DNA of 32,000 nucleotides from an uncultured Opitutales bacterium (GCA_934660865.1 CAKUIA010000002.1:120001-152000); one strand, 5' to 3'. Shown: positions 1 to 9,015, numbered from the stretch's first letter. Translations and numbers: made by a program. The notes: generated by a model from the sequence alone, not told the origin.

Positions 1-842
1 ACCTAAAAAAGATTGCCGACATCTGCAAAAAGCACAACCTTTGGCTTATAGAAGACACCTGCGACGCCCTCGGAGCCGAATACGACGGCAAAAAGGTTGG
101 AACTTTCGGCGACTTGGCAACCTACAGTTTTTACCCCGCCCACCACATAACAATGGGCGAAGGCGGAGCCGTAAGCACCGACAACGCCCTTTTGCACCGC
201 ATTGCAACATCGTTTAGAGACTGGGGACGCGACTGCTGGTGCCCGCCCGGCAAAGACAACACCTGCAAAAACCGCTTTAATATGAAGCTGGGCAAACTGC
301 CCGCGGGCTACGACCACAAATACACCTATTCGCATATAGGCTACAACTTAAAGATTACCGACTGGCAGGCGGCGATAGGTTTGGCGCAGCTAAAAAGGCT
401 GCCCGAATTTATAGAAAAGCGCACCAAAAACGCGCAGTTTTTGCTCGGCGAACTGGCCGACTTAAAAGACGTGCTTGTTTTGCCCGAATTTGAGGCGTGC
501 GCAAAGCCCTCGTGGTTCGGATTTTTGATTTCGGTAAGGGAAAGCGCACCCTTTAAAAAATCGGAATTGGTGGAATTTATAGAGCAAAAAGGCATAGGCA
601 CGCGCCAGCTTTTTGCGGGCAACATTTTAAGACAGCCAATGATAACCGAGTCGGACTGCGTTTTCAGGATAGGCAATTCGCCCCTAATGCACGCAAAAGA
701 CCTAAGCGAAGACACCTACAAAAAGCTGCCAAACGCCGAATTTATAATGAACAATTCTTTCTGGATTGGGTGCTTCCCCGCCCTCGGTGAAAGCGAGCTT
801 TTGCGCAGCGCGGCGGCGATAAGGGAATTTTGCAGAAGGTAG
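1..842 (+). CDS. rfbH: CDP-4-keto-6-deoxy-D-glucose 3-dehydrase (E1; RfbH/DdhC family, DegT-fold PMP enzyme), 5'-truncated by the window edge
   Basis: The frame is open from nt 3 (LKKIADICKKHNLWLIEDTCDALGAEYDGKKVGTFGDLATYSFYPAHH...). The listed 114..842 ORF is therefore only the tail of a longer gene. SFYPAHHITMGEGG carries His-His where DegT aminotransferases have the Schiff-base Lys. Cys codons at 60-62, 234-236, 240-242 and 264-266 give C-X57-C-X1-C-X7-C, which I recall as the [2Fe-2S] motif of E1. Confidence 0.85.
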   Translation, partial: LKKIADICKKHNLWLIEDTCDALGAEYDGKKVGTFGDLATYSFYPAHHITMGEGGAVSTDNALLHRIATSFRDWGRDCWCPPGKDNTCKNRFNMKLGKLPAGYDHKYTYSHIGYNLKITDWQAAIGLAQLKRLPEFIEKRTKNAQFLLGELADLKDVLVLPEFEACAKPSWFGFLISVRESAPFKKSELVEFIEQKGIGTRQLFAGNILRQPMITESDCVFRIGNSPLMHAKDLSEDTYKKLPNAEFIMNNSFWIGCFPALGESELLRSAAAIREFCRR

Positions 843-867
843 GCCGCACTTTCCGAAGCGAATCTGT

Positions 868-1659
868 ATGGACGAAAAACTTTTAAACATAAAAAAGAAT
901 ATCGTGCGAATGGCGTCGTATTCGCATGCCTCGCATGTAGGGTCGGCATTGTCGGTTGTGGATATTTTATATACAATCTACACAAAAGTCGCCCGCATAG
1001 ACAAAAACAACATTTCGGCGCCGGTGCGCGACAGGGTGATTTTGTCGAAAGGCCACGCAAGCTCTGCAATGTATTCTGTTTTGGCGCAACTGGGCTTTAT
1101 ACCAAAAGAGTGGCTGGATAAATATTATGTGGACAACGGAATGTTGCCGGGACACCTGGACATGACAATTTCGCCCGCAATAGACTGTTCGTCGGGCTCG
1201 CTTGGGCACGGGGCTTGCATCGGGATAGGAATGGCGCTGGCAAACCCGAACTGCAATGTATATGTTGTTATGGGCGACGGCGAATTAAACGAAGGCTCGG
1301 TTTGGGAGGCTCTTGTTTTTTGCGGGGCCAGAAAGCTGAAAAACATAACTTTTGTTGTAGACAACAACAACCTGCAGGGCTTCGACAAGGCCGACGAAAT
1401 TGCCGACTATTCGCGCTTAAGCAGCGCCCTTTGCAACTTGGGGCTAGACAGCTTCGACATTTGCGGGCACAACCTTGCGGAAATAGAAAATGCGCTAAGG
1501 AAAAGCTCCGAAAAAACAAAGGTTGTTATTGCCCACACAACAAAGGGGCACGGGGTTTCCTATATGGAAAACGAGCTAAAATGGCACTACAAGTCGCCAA
1601 CCGAACAGGAATTGCAAACGGCGTATGAGGATTTGACAAATGAGAAAGACCTTTATTGA
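868..1659 (+). CDS. transketolase, N-terminal (ThDP-binding) subunit
   Basis: ATG at 868. Motifs: SKGHASSAMYSVLAQLGF, GSLGHGACIGIGMALA, and the ThDP motif GDGELNEGSVWEALVFCGARKLKNITFVVDNNN (GDG-X-N). The length (263 aa) is typical of split transketolase alpha chains. Confidence 0.9.
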   Translation: MDEKLLNIKKNIVRMASYSHASHVGSALSVVDILYTIYTKVARIDKNNISAPVRDRVILSKGHASSAMYSVLAQLGFIPKEWLDKYYVDNGMLPGHLDMTISPAIDCSSGSLGHGACIGIGMALANPNCNVYVVMGDGELNEGSVWEALVFCGARKLKNITFVVDNNNLQGFDKADEIADYSRLSSALCNLGLDSFDICGHNLAEIENALRKSSEKTKVVIAHTTKGHGVSYMENELKWHYKSPTEQELQTAYEDLTNEKDLY

Positions 1660-2539
1660 CACCCTTATAGCCGAAGCCGAAACAAACCCCGACATTTGGC
1701 TGCTTACGGCCGATTTCGGTTTTGGCGTGTTGGAGCCTTTCAAACGGAAGTTCCCCGACAGATTTTTAAACACGGGCATTGCCGAGCAAAACACGGTGGG
1801 CATTGCGGCGGGCTTGGCCTTAAGCGGGAAAATACCCTATGTATATACGGCCATTCCATTTGTAAGCGCGCGTCCGTTCGAGCAAATTAAGGTAGACTGC
1901 GCCTATATGAACACAAACGTGAAACTTATAGGCGTAGGCGCGGGCTTTTCGTACGGGCCCGGAGGAGCAACACACCATTCAATAGAAGACATTGCAATTA
2001 TGCGCTCTTTGCCGAATATGTCGGTACTTGCCCCCGGCTCTTTAAACGAAACAAAGGCGCTTGTAAAAGACAGCGCAAAAAGAAAGGGCCCCGAATACAT
2101 AAGGCTCGGCAGAAGCGGCGAGCCCGACTTAAACTACAGCGTGCAATTCGGCAAATTTTCAACGCTAAAGGAAGGCAAAGACGTTGCGGTAATTTCAACT
2201 TCAACAATGCTTGCCGATTGCATTGCCGCAACCGACGCTTTAGAAAAAAAGGGCGTTAAGGCGTGCCTGTTTAGCGCGCACACCCTAAAGCCTTTCGACG
2301 AAGAGGGCGTTTTAAATCTTTTAAAGACGAATACGCCCATTGTAAGCGTAGAAGAGCACAACATTATAGGCGGCCTTGCCGACTGCATTTCGGCCGTTAT
2401 TGCAAAAAGCGGCATGCCCTGCCGCTTTCTGCCGCTGGCCGTTGCCGACAAGTTCTCGCACTACATAGGCTCGCAAAAATTCATTAAGCAAAAAATGGGA
2501 CTTGGCAACCTGTCCGAAAAAATAGAAAGCTTTTTATGA
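1640..2539 (+). CDS. transketolase, C-terminal (pyrimidine-binding) subunit
   Basis: ATG at 1640 overlaps the upstream gene by 20 nt. FLNTGIAEQNTVGIAAGLALSGKIPYVYT and GGATHHSIEDIAIMRSLPNMSVLAPG are typical of split transketolase beta chains. Confidence 0.9.
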   Translation: MRKTFIDTLIAEAETNPDIWLLTADFGFGVLEPFKRKFPDRFLNTGIAEQNTVGIAAGLALSGKIPYVYTAIPFVSARPFEQIKVDCAYMNTNVKLIGVGAGFSYGPGGATHHSIEDIAIMRSLPNMSVLAPGSLNETKALVKDSAKRKGPEYIRLGRSGEPDLNYSVQFGKFSTLKEGKDVAVISTSTMLADCIAATDALEKKGVKACLFSAHTLKPFDEEGVLNLLKTNTPIVSVEEHNIIGGLADCISAVIAKSGMPCRFLPLAVADKFSHYIGSQKFIKQKMGLGNLSEKIESFL

Positions 2540-3390
2540 AACTTCTTTTAACGGGAAGCGGCGGCTTTATAGGCGCAAATTTAAGGGAGTATTTCTCGGC
2601 AAAAAACTTCGAAATTGTATGCCCCAGAAGCTTTGAGTGCGACTTGTCCGACAAAAGCGCCGTAGACGCGCTTTTTGCCGAAAACGGGGATTTTTACGCT
2701 GTAATACACTGCGCAAACATCGGCGGCGTAAGGAACGTGCAAGACGGCGCCGACACGCTGGAAAAGAACACGGCAATGCTCCTTAATTTGCTGGAAAATA
2801 CGAAGGGCAAAACTCCCCTTATCGCGTTCGGCTCGGGCGCGCAATACGACAAACAGCGCAGCCTAAACAAGGTTTCGGAAAGCGAGATAGGCGCCATTGT
2901 CCCTAAAGACCTTTACGGGCTTTCGAAGCTTAAAACCGCCCAAATTGCTTGCGAAAACGAAAATATGCTTTGCCTTAACATTTTTGGCTGCTACGGCAAA
3001 CACGAAAAGCAGACAAGGTTTCCAACCTACGCGCTAAACTGCGCCGCGCTAAACAAAGACATTTGCATAGAAAGAAACTCCCTTTTCGACTATCTTTACA
3101 TAGAAGACCTCTGCAAAATAATAGACGCTTTTTTGCGCGATTTTCCGTTCGCAACGGGTAGCGTAAACACCACGCCCGACATTTCGAACACCATGTTCGA
3201 GATTGCGAATTGCGCGCTAAAAATTGCAGATTCGAAAGCAAAAGCGCTTCTTATGCCGCAAAGCGAAACGCCGCCCGCCTACACAGGCAGCAACGAAAAG
3301 CTGAAAAAACTTTTGCCGAATCTTGAATTTACGCCCATACAAACGGGGCTAAAAAAACTGTACGAATACCTGCAAAAAAACGGACGCTAA
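2536..3390 (+). CDS. NAD(P)-dependent epimerase/dehydratase-family SDR, probably a nucleotide-sugar 4-ketoreductase or epimerase
   Basis: ATGA start/stop overlap at 2536-2539. N-terminal Rossmann motif LLLTGSGGFIGANL and the catalytic YxxxK (YGLSK). At 284 aa it is similar in size to CDP-dideoxyhexose 4-reductases. The exact reaction cannot be determined. Confidence 0.8.
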   Translation: MKLLLTGSGGFIGANLREYFSAKNFEIVCPRSFECDLSDKSAVDALFAENGDFYAVIHCANIGGVRNVQDGADTLEKNTAMLLNLLENTKGKTPLIAFGSGAQYDKQRSLNKVSESEIGAIVPKDLYGLSKLKTAQIACENENMLCLNIFGCYGKHEKQTRFPTYALNCAALNKDICIERNSLFDYLYIEDLCKIIDAFLRDFPFATGSVNTTPDISNTMFEIANCALKIADSKAKALLMPQSETPPAYTGSNEKLKKLLPNLEFTPIQTGLKKLYEYLQKNGR

Positions 3391-3416
3391 TTTTTGCGCC
3401 CGTTTTTGCTTTTTTG
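3374..3416. terminator. bidirectional rho-independent terminator between the convergent SDR gene and glgB
   Basis: AAAAACGGACGC (3376-3387) pairs with GCGCCCGTTTTT (3396-3407), with one mismatch and an 8-nt loop. An A-run lies upstream and T-runs downstream (3403-3407, 3410-3415). Confidence 0.6.
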
Positions 3417-5651
3417 CTACTCTTTTGAGCATTCGAAAACCACGGTCGATAGCGGAGGGGCTACAACCGTTGCGGTATATTCGAACTCGCCGTAGCGTTT
3501 TTTCTCGGCAAAAATTTCGCCCTTGTTGCCTATGTTTTGTCCGCCGTAGTCGGCCGAATTGGTGTTTAAAACCTCGCGCCACTTGCCGCCGAAAGGCAGG
3601 CCTATGGGGTATTTCGAACGCTCTATCGGCGTAAAGTTGCAGACAACTGCAAAGGCTTTTTTGCCGTCGGGCGAAAACCTTAAAAACGAAATTACGCTGT
3701 TAAAGCCGTCGTCGCAATTTATCCACTTAAAACATTTATAGTCTAAATCGCCCTCGTATATGGCCGGCTCTTTCGCATACAAGGCGGCAACATCGCAAAC
3801 TACGTCTTTAATGCCCGAATGGTCTTTGTAGTCAAGCAAGTTCCAGTCGAGCGAGGCGTCGTACCTCCATTCGTGGCTTTGCCCGAACTCGTTGCCCATA
3901 AACAGCGTTTTTTTGCCCGGCCACAACCACATATAGGCATACAGCGCGCGCAAAGTGGCGGCCTTGTCGGGCCAATAGGACGAACCCATTTTGTTTATCA
4001 TCGAGCTTTTGCCGTGCACAACTTCGTCGTGCGAGTATACTAAAACATAGTTTTCGCTAAACTGGTAAATGGCGGGGAACGTAAGCCTGTTGTGGTGGTA
4101 TTTGCGGTTTATGGGGTCTTCCTTTAAATAGCTTAATGTGTCGTGCATCCAACCCATATTCCATTTAAAGTCGAAGCCCATACCGCCCTCTTTTACGGGT
4201 TTTGTAAGCCCCAAAAAGGCGGTGCTTTCCTCCGCAATGGTAACAACGCCCTTAAAGTAGGTGTGCACAATCGCGTTCATCGCCTTTATAAACTCTATGG
4301 CCTCTATGTTTTCGTTCGAGCCGTATTTGTTGGGTATCCACTCGCCGTCGTTTCTGGCGTAGTCTAAATACAACATGGAGGCCACGGCGTCTACCCTAAG
4401 GCCGTCTATGTGGAAGCGGTCTATAAGGGCAAGCGCGCTGCTTATCAAAAAGTTTTTAACCTCGTTGCGCCCGTAGTTAAAGCAAAGGGTGCCCCACTCT
4501 TTGTGCTCGCCCAAGCGCGGGTCTTGGTGCTCGTACAAACACGTTCCGTCGAAACGCGCCAAAGCAAAAGAGTCTCTTGGGAAGTGCGCCGGAACCCAGT
4601 CGACTATAACGCCAATGTTTTGCCCGTGCATATAGTCTACAAAATACATAAAGTCTTGCGGGCTTCCGTAGCGGTATGTCGGCGCAAAAAAGCCCGTTAC
4701 CTGGTAGCCCCACGAGCCGTCGAAGGGATATTCGGTAATTGGCATAAGCTCTATGTGCGTAAAATTCATCTTCTTGCAGTAGGCCGCCAAAAGGGGCGCA
4801 AGCTCTTTGTAGGTAAGGCACCTGCCGCCGTCTTTTGCGTTTCTTAGCCACGAGCCCAAATGCACTTCGTATATCGAAAGAGGCAGTTTTTTTAAATCGC
4901 TATTTTGGCGCTTTAGCAGCCATTTGTCGTCGCCCCACTTGTAGGTTGTTAAATCGCAAACTATTGCGCTGTTGTAGGGCTGCGGCTCGAAGCTTACGGC
5001 GTAGGGGTCAGTCTTTAAAAAGGGCGTAGGCGAAAACTCGCCCAAAATTTCGTACTTATATTTTGCGCCAGCCCTTACGTTGGGTATAAAAATTTCCCAC
5101 ACGCCCGAATTGCCCAGCATGCGCATTGGGTGGTAGCGGCCGTCGTGCTCGTTAAAGTCGCCGACAACGCTAACTTTGCGCGCGTTTGGCGCCCACACGG
5201 CAAAGCTTGTGCCCGAAACGCCGTCTATATTGCACAGGTGCGAGCCCAAATGTTCGTAAACCTTGTGGTTGTCGCCCATGCCGAACAAATACAGGTCGTT
5301 CTCGCTAATTGTGGGGGCAAAAGAATACGGGTCGTACACCTCCGAAATTTGCCCCGAGTAGGATTTTACCTTAAATTTATATGCAAAAGGCTTTCTTAGC
5401 CGCGGCAAAAACAGCTCGTAAAAGCCCGAATTGTCGAGCTTTTGCATTGGCGTGCACTTGCCCGTGCGCATGTCGAGCAAGTCGGCCGACTGTGCGTTTA
5501 TTAAATACGCCCTGACAACAAGCCCGCCCTTGCACTTGTGCATTCCCAGCAAATCGAAAGGCCTGCCGTTTTGAGCCGTTAAGAAAGAATTTAATTCTGC
5601 TTCATTGATAATCACGGCACGATTGTAATCGTCAAATTCGCAAATTTTCAA
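3417..5651 (-). CDS. glgB: 1,4-alpha-glucan branching enzyme (GH13)
   Basis: GH13 motifs in the 744-aa product: GSWGYQVTGFFAPTYRYGSPQDFMYFVDYMHGQNIGVIVDWVPAHFPRD, GLRVDAVASMLYLDY, TIAEESTAF, VYSHDEVVHGK. The most upstream start is TTG at 5651. There is no in-frame ATG before residue 37, so the exact start is uncertain. Confidence 0.95.
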   Translation of the reverse strand: MKICEFDDYNRAVIINEAELNSFLTAQNGRPFDLLGMHKCKGGLVVRAYLINAQSADLLDMRTGKCTPMQKLDNSGFYELFLPRLRKPFAYKFKVKSYSGQISEVYDPYSFAPTISENDLYLFGMGDNHKVYEHLGSHLCNIDGVSGTSFAVWAPNARKVSVVGDFNEHDGRYHPMRMLGNSGVWEIFIPNVRAGAKYKYEILGEFSPTPFLKTDPYAVSFEPQPYNSAIVCDLTTYKWGDDKWLLKRQNSDLKKLPLSIYEVHLGSWLRNAKDGGRCLTYKELAPLLAAYCKKMNFTHIELMPITEYPFDGSWGYQVTGFFAPTYRYGSPQDFMYFVDYMHGQNIGVIVDWVPAHFPRDSFALARFDGTCLYEHQDPRLGEHKEWGTLCFNYGRNEVKNFLISSALALIDRFHIDGLRVDAVASMLYLDYARNDGEWIPNKYGSNENIEAIEFIKAMNAIVHTYFKGVVTIAEESTAFLGLTKPVKEGGMGFDFKWNMGWMHDTLSYLKEDPINRKYHHNRLTFPAIYQFSENYVLVYSHDEVVHGKSSMINKMGSSYWPDKAATLRALYAYMWLWPGKKTLFMGNEFGQSHEWRYDASLDWNLLDYKDHSGIKDVVCDVAALYAKEPAIYEGDLDYKCFKWINCDDGFNSVISFLRFSPDGKKAFAVVCNFTPIERSKYPIGLPFGGKWREVLNTNSADYGGQNIGNKGEIFAEKKRYGEFEYTATVVAPPLSTVVFECSKE

Positions 5652-5713
5652 GGAAAAACCTACTTTTTACTTGAAGAATTCTCCGCCCGAATATTTTATC
5701 GAAAAAAAGACTT

Positions 5714-6730
5714 ATGAGTGAATACACATCTGTAGAAATAAAAAACGGCGAACTTAAAATGAAAGTTCTGTCGCTTGGCGGCATAATTACAAACCTTTAC
5801 ACGCCCGACAAAAACGGCAAAAGCGGCGACATTGTTTTATGGAACAAAACGGCGCAAGACTACCTTAAAAACTGCGCCTATATGGGCGCCATTATAGGCA
5901 GGGTTGCAAACCGCATTGCGGAGGCAAAGGCAACCCTAAACGGAGAATCCCTAAAGCTTACAAAAAACGAAAAATCGTTTTCAAACTGCCTGCACGGCGG
6001 CGCAAAGGGCTTCGACAAGCAAAACTGGAGCATTGAAAAAATTTCGGGCCACTCGTTTAAGGGTGTTTCGTTAAATTATTTGTCTAAAGACGGCCAAGAG
6101 GGCTTCCCCGGCAATCTAAACATTACGGTAAACTACAAGCTTACCGACGAGCGCCAGCTGGTAATCGAATATACCGCATTTACAGATGCGCCCACCCTTT
6201 GCAGCCTTACAAACCACAGCTATTTTAACCTTTCGGCGGGCAAAAGCCCCACAATTTTAGAGCACGAAATGCAGGTAGGCGCAAATTTCTACACCCCGCT
6301 CGACAAAAAGTTTAGGCCGACGGGCGAAATTCTTAGTGTAAAAAATACGCCTTTAGACTTCTCAAAACCCAAAGTTTTGGGCCCGGCCATTCTCGAAAAC
6401 AAAGAGTTTTTCGAAATTTCGAACGGCGGGCTAGACCACAACTACGTTTTGCCGAACGCAAACGGCGCGCTGGTAAAAGCCGCCTCTTTGCGCGACCCGT
6501 TAAGCGGCAGAATTATGGACGTATATACCGACCAGCCGGGGCTTCAGGTATACACAAGCAACTTTTTAGACGGCTCTATTTCGGGCAAATTCGGCAAGCC
6601 CTACAACAAATACGCGGCCGTTTGCTTTGAAACACAAAAGCTGCCCGACGCCGCAAACTTCGGACACTTCCCCACAATAGAGCTGTATCCCGACCGGATA
6701 TATTCGGCAACAACCGTATACGCATTTTAA
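5714..6730 (+). CDS. galM: aldose 1-epimerase (galactose mutarotase)
   Basis: GRVANRIAEAKATLNGESLKLTKNE...NCLHGGAKGFDKQNW, TNHSYFNL and FCFETQKLPDA match the mutarotase family. ATG at 5714. Confidence 0.9.
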   Translation: MSEYTSVEIKNGELKMKVLSLGGIITNLYTPDKNGKSGDIVLWNKTAQDYLKNCAYMGAIIGRVANRIAEAKATLNGESLKLTKNEKSFSNCLHGGAKGFDKQNWSIEKISGHSFKGVSLNYLSKDGQEGFPGNLNITVNYKLTDERQLVIEYTAFTDAPTLCSLTNHSYFNLSAGKSPTILEHEMQVGANFYTPLDKKFRPTGEILSVKNTPLDFSKPKVLGPAILENKEFFEISNGGLDHNYVLPNANGALVKAASLRDPLSGRIMDVYTDQPGLQVYTSNFLDGSISGKFGKPYNKYAAVCFETQKLPDAANFGHFPTIELYPDRIYSATTVYAF

Positions 6731-6750
6731 CGCTCAACAAAAAAATTACC

Positions 6751-7065
6751 ATGAGAACATTCAACCACTTCGGTTTCCCGACAAACGAAAACAAGGAATA
6801 TATGACGTATATTCCCGCATTAAAACTTGCAGTTAGCGACATATCCAAAAGCAAGAACTCCATAGAATGGCTTAAGTTCGATTTCGACTGCACAATGCCC
6901 AAGCTTATGCAGGATTGCCCGCATATTGCATACACGGTAGACAACCTCGACGAAGAGCTGAAAACCGCAAACATTTTGGTGCCCCCGCACCCATTGGGCG
7001 AAAACGCGCGCTTTGCCTACATTGTAGAAGAGGGCATTCCCGTAGAGCTAATCGAAAGAAAATAA
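6751..7065 (+). CDS. small hypothetical protein, possibly a single-module VOC/glyoxalase-like fold
   Basis: 104-aa ORF 20 nt after galM, followed by a strong terminator. The pattern HIAYTVDNLDEEL...RFAYIVEEGIPVELIE resembles the beta-alpha-beta-beta-beta module of VOC proteins. The family call rests on weak motif recall only. Confidence 0.5.
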   Translation: MRTFNHFGFPTNENKEYMTYIPALKLAVSDISKSKNSIEWLKFDFDCTMPKLMQDCPHIAYTVDNLDEELKTANILVPPHPLGENARFAYIVEEGIPVELIERK

Positions 7066-7067
7066 AT

Positions 7068-7101
7068 AAAAAAGCCGCGTTTGATTTAAGCGCGGCTTTT
7101 T
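7068..7101. terminator. bidirectional rho-independent terminator (VOC-like gene / lrgB)
   Basis: AAAAAGCCGCGTTT (7069-7082) pairs with AAGCGCGGCTTTTT (7088-7101) across a 5-nt loop. A-run and T-run flanks let it work on both strands. Confidence 0.85.
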
Positions 7102-7120
7102 GCGCAAGAGCCTGCAAAAT

Positions 7121-7813
7121 TTAATACAGCTTTGCGAAAACCAAAGCCGCAAAAACCGTTATTATGCCGGCAACCAAAACGGCAACCGAGCCCATTGCGC
7201 CCTCTACCTTGCCCATTTCGAACGCCTTTGTCGTTCCCATAACGTGCGAGCAGTTGCCAATCGCCAACCCCTTTGCGATTGGGTCGGTTATCTTGAATGT
7301 TTTGCAAATCCACTCGGCCGAAATGTTGCCGAATATGCCCGTTGCAACTATTATCGCAACCGTTATCGGCTCTATGCCGCCCAATTCCTGCGAAAGCGAA
7401 AGCCCTATGGGCGTGGTTATCGACTTCGGCAAAATGGTTACATATTGTATGTGCTCTAGGTTGAATAAAAACGCGATTGCAAGCACGCCGAACATTCCCG
7501 CAACAAGCCCCGAAGTTATCGAAACTAAAATGGCCGCTCCGTTCTTTTTTACAATTTCCAACTGCTCGTATAGCGGAAGCGCCAAGGCCACCGTGGCGGG
7601 AGCCAGCAAATACGACAAGGGCGACGCGCTTTCGGCGTAGCTGTCGTAGTCTATGCCCGCAAAATACAGCACCGCAATTACAAGGGCGGCCGCAACCAAT
7701 ATGGGGTTAAACAGCGGACACTTCAGCTTTTTCATTAAAAAATCTCCAAGCAAAAAGCCCGCGCAGTTGGCAAAAACGCCCCAATAGGCGCAATTTAAAA
7801 GCACATCTTTCAT
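7121..7813 (-). CDS. lrgB: LrgB/CidB-family membrane protein
   Basis: Polytopic membrane protein with the LrgB-type motif TILPKSITTPIGLSLSQELGG. I place the start at the ATG at 7813-7811 (MKDVLLN...), which forms an ATGA overlap with the lrgA stop. The ORF-track start at 7900 would overlap lrgA by 90 nt. Confidence 0.85.
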   Translation of the reverse strand: MKDVLLNCAYWGVFANCAGFLLGDFLMKKLKCPLFNPILVAAALVIAVLYFAGIDYDSYAESASPLSYLLAPATVALALPLYEQLEIVKKNGAAILVSITSGLVAGMFGVLAIAFLFNLEHIQYVTILPKSITTPIGLSLSQELGGIEPITVAIIVATGIFGNISAEWICKTFKITDPIAKGLAIGNCSHVMGTTKAFEMGKVEGAMGSVAVLVAGIITVFAALVFAKLY

Positions 7814-8172
7814 TTGCGCGCCTTTCGCTGTATCATCTTTTGCGAAACTTTGCCGGTAAGCACGGCGCACAAAATGGTCGTAAAAAACACGGCGCAGCAA
7901 ACGGGTATAAGCATTGCCCCAAATTCGCCAAAATGCGCCGACACCCCCACGGCGGGAGCCACAAACATAAGAGGGAAAAGCGAAATCAAAAAATACGACG
8001 TTTCCCTTATGTATTTCGGTTTTAGCACCCTAAAATACAGCAGAGCAAACAAAACGGCCATTCCGTATATGCACGACGGAATTTCGAAAGGCAGCAAATA
8101 TTTTGCAAGCTCGCCCAAAAGCGTGCAGCCGAAAATAACCGCCACTTGAAATATGAATTTAACGGGGTTCAT
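7810..8172 (-). CDS. lrgA: LrgA/CidA-family holin-like membrane protein
   Basis: 120 aa, four predicted TM helices, basic C-terminal tail (QKMIQRKARK). Paired with lrgB through an ATGA overlap, the standard lrgAB arrangement. Confidence 0.85.
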   Translation of the reverse strand: MNPVKFIFQVAVIFGCTLLGELAKYLLPFEIPSCIYGMAVLFALLYFRVLKPKYIRETSYFLISLFPLMFVAPAVGVSAHFGEFGAMLIPVCCAVFFTTILCAVLTGKVSQKMIQRKARK

Positions 8173-8319
8173 TTCCTAAAAAGAATAAACCGCCAAGCTT
8201 TGCCCTTTTTTGCAACTAAGTCAAGCCCGCCAAAAAACAGCCGCATGCAATAACTGCCCACAGTTAAAAAACAAAAAACGGCAACAGAACATAACGCTTG
8301 TGCCGCATAAAAACACCAG

Positions 8320-8392
8320 AGCCGAAGATCGGATTTGAACCGACGACCCACGCTTTACGAAAGCGTTGCTCTACCAGCTGAGCTACTTCGGC
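8320..8392 (-). tRNA. tRNA-Thr (anticodon CGT)
   Basis: The reverse complement folds as a 73-nt cloverleaf: GCCGAAG-TA-GCTC-AGCTGGTA-GAGC-A-ACGCT-TTCGTAA-AGCGT-GGGTC-GTCGG-TTCAAAT-CCGAT-CTTCGGC-T. The anticodon loop TT-CGT-AA gives CGT. CCA is not encoded. Confidence 0.9.
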
Positions 8393-8570
8393 CTGATTTA
8401 TATTCGGTAGATACTTTATGTTTTGGCGGATTTAGTCAATTATTTTTTGCGGTAAAAATAAAAGTCGGGTGGCTATTGCAAACAACTGTTCCCCCTTTTT
8501 GCATTTTTGCCGATAAAAAATTATACTCGACACAACGCTTTTGTGCGCCTATAAAACGCAAAATTGATTT

Positions 8571-8999
8571 ATGAAAATTTCTACAAAAGGCAGGTACGGG
8601 CTTAGAATAATGCTCGATTTGGCGCAAAACGACGGCGACACACCGAGAATGATTGCCGATATCTGCAAAACACAGGGGCTTTCGCCGAAATATGTGGGCA
8701 GGCTTATTTTAAAACTGCGCAATGCGGGAATGATTGCCTCTGTAAGGGGCGCAAAAGGCGGCTACAAAATAAAGCGCATGCCCAAACACATAACGCTGCT
8801 TGAAATAATAGAAACAATGGAGGGCCCGCTTTCGATTGTAGACTGTGTTGCGTGCCCGAAAAAATGCAAGCGGGCCCAAGGGTGCGCCGCCCGCGAAATA
8901 TGGGGAGAATTAAACGAGAAAATCCGAAAGGATTTGGAATCCATAACATTGCAAGACGTTCTTAACCGCGAAAACGCCGCGGCCGATTTTTGCATATAA
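8571..8999 (+). CDS. Rrf2-family transcriptional regulator (IscR/NsrR-like, probable Fe-S cluster ligands)
   Basis: MKISTKGRYGLRIMLDLA... is the Rrf2 wHTH N-terminus, followed by SVRGAKGGY. Cys92/95/99/105 (C-X2-C-X3-C-X5-C) sit where IscR-type cluster ligands lie. Confidence 0.9.
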   Translation: MKISTKGRYGLRIMLDLAQNDGDTPRMIADICKTQGLSPKYVGRLILKLRNAGMIASVRGAKGGYKIKRMPKHITLLEIIETMEGPLSIVDCVACPKKCKRAQGCAAREIWGELNEKIRKDLESITLQDVLNRENAAADFCI

Positions 9000-9015
9000 A
9001 AATTTTCGGCACCCG

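Noticed and set aside
11-30. A 20-nt stretch GATTGCCGACATCTGCAAAA, 19/20 identical to 8651-8670, as a possible dispersed repeat.
   Set aside because: Both copies lie in frame inside unrelated genes (rfbH and the Rrf2 gene) and encode the same peptide IADICK with the genome's preferred codons. The similarity ends at the peptide boundaries, so it is coincidental.
3425-5399. Series of plus-strand ORFs of 60-145 aa inside glgB.
   Set aside because: All are antisense to a 744-aa GH13 gene with unmistakable motifs. They are Val/Arg/His-rich shadow frames.
7814-7900. N-terminal 29-aa extension of lrgB, as listed in the track (start at 7900).
   Set aside because: It would overlap lrgA by 90 nt. The internal ATG at 7813 gives the canonical ATGA coupling and a normal LrgB length of 230 aa.
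8335-8627. 79-aa (+) and 63-aa (-) ORFs around 8335-8627.
   Set aside because: The first runs through the tRNA-Thr gene on the opposite strand. The second is antisense to the Rrf2 leader and start. Neither has coding-like composition.
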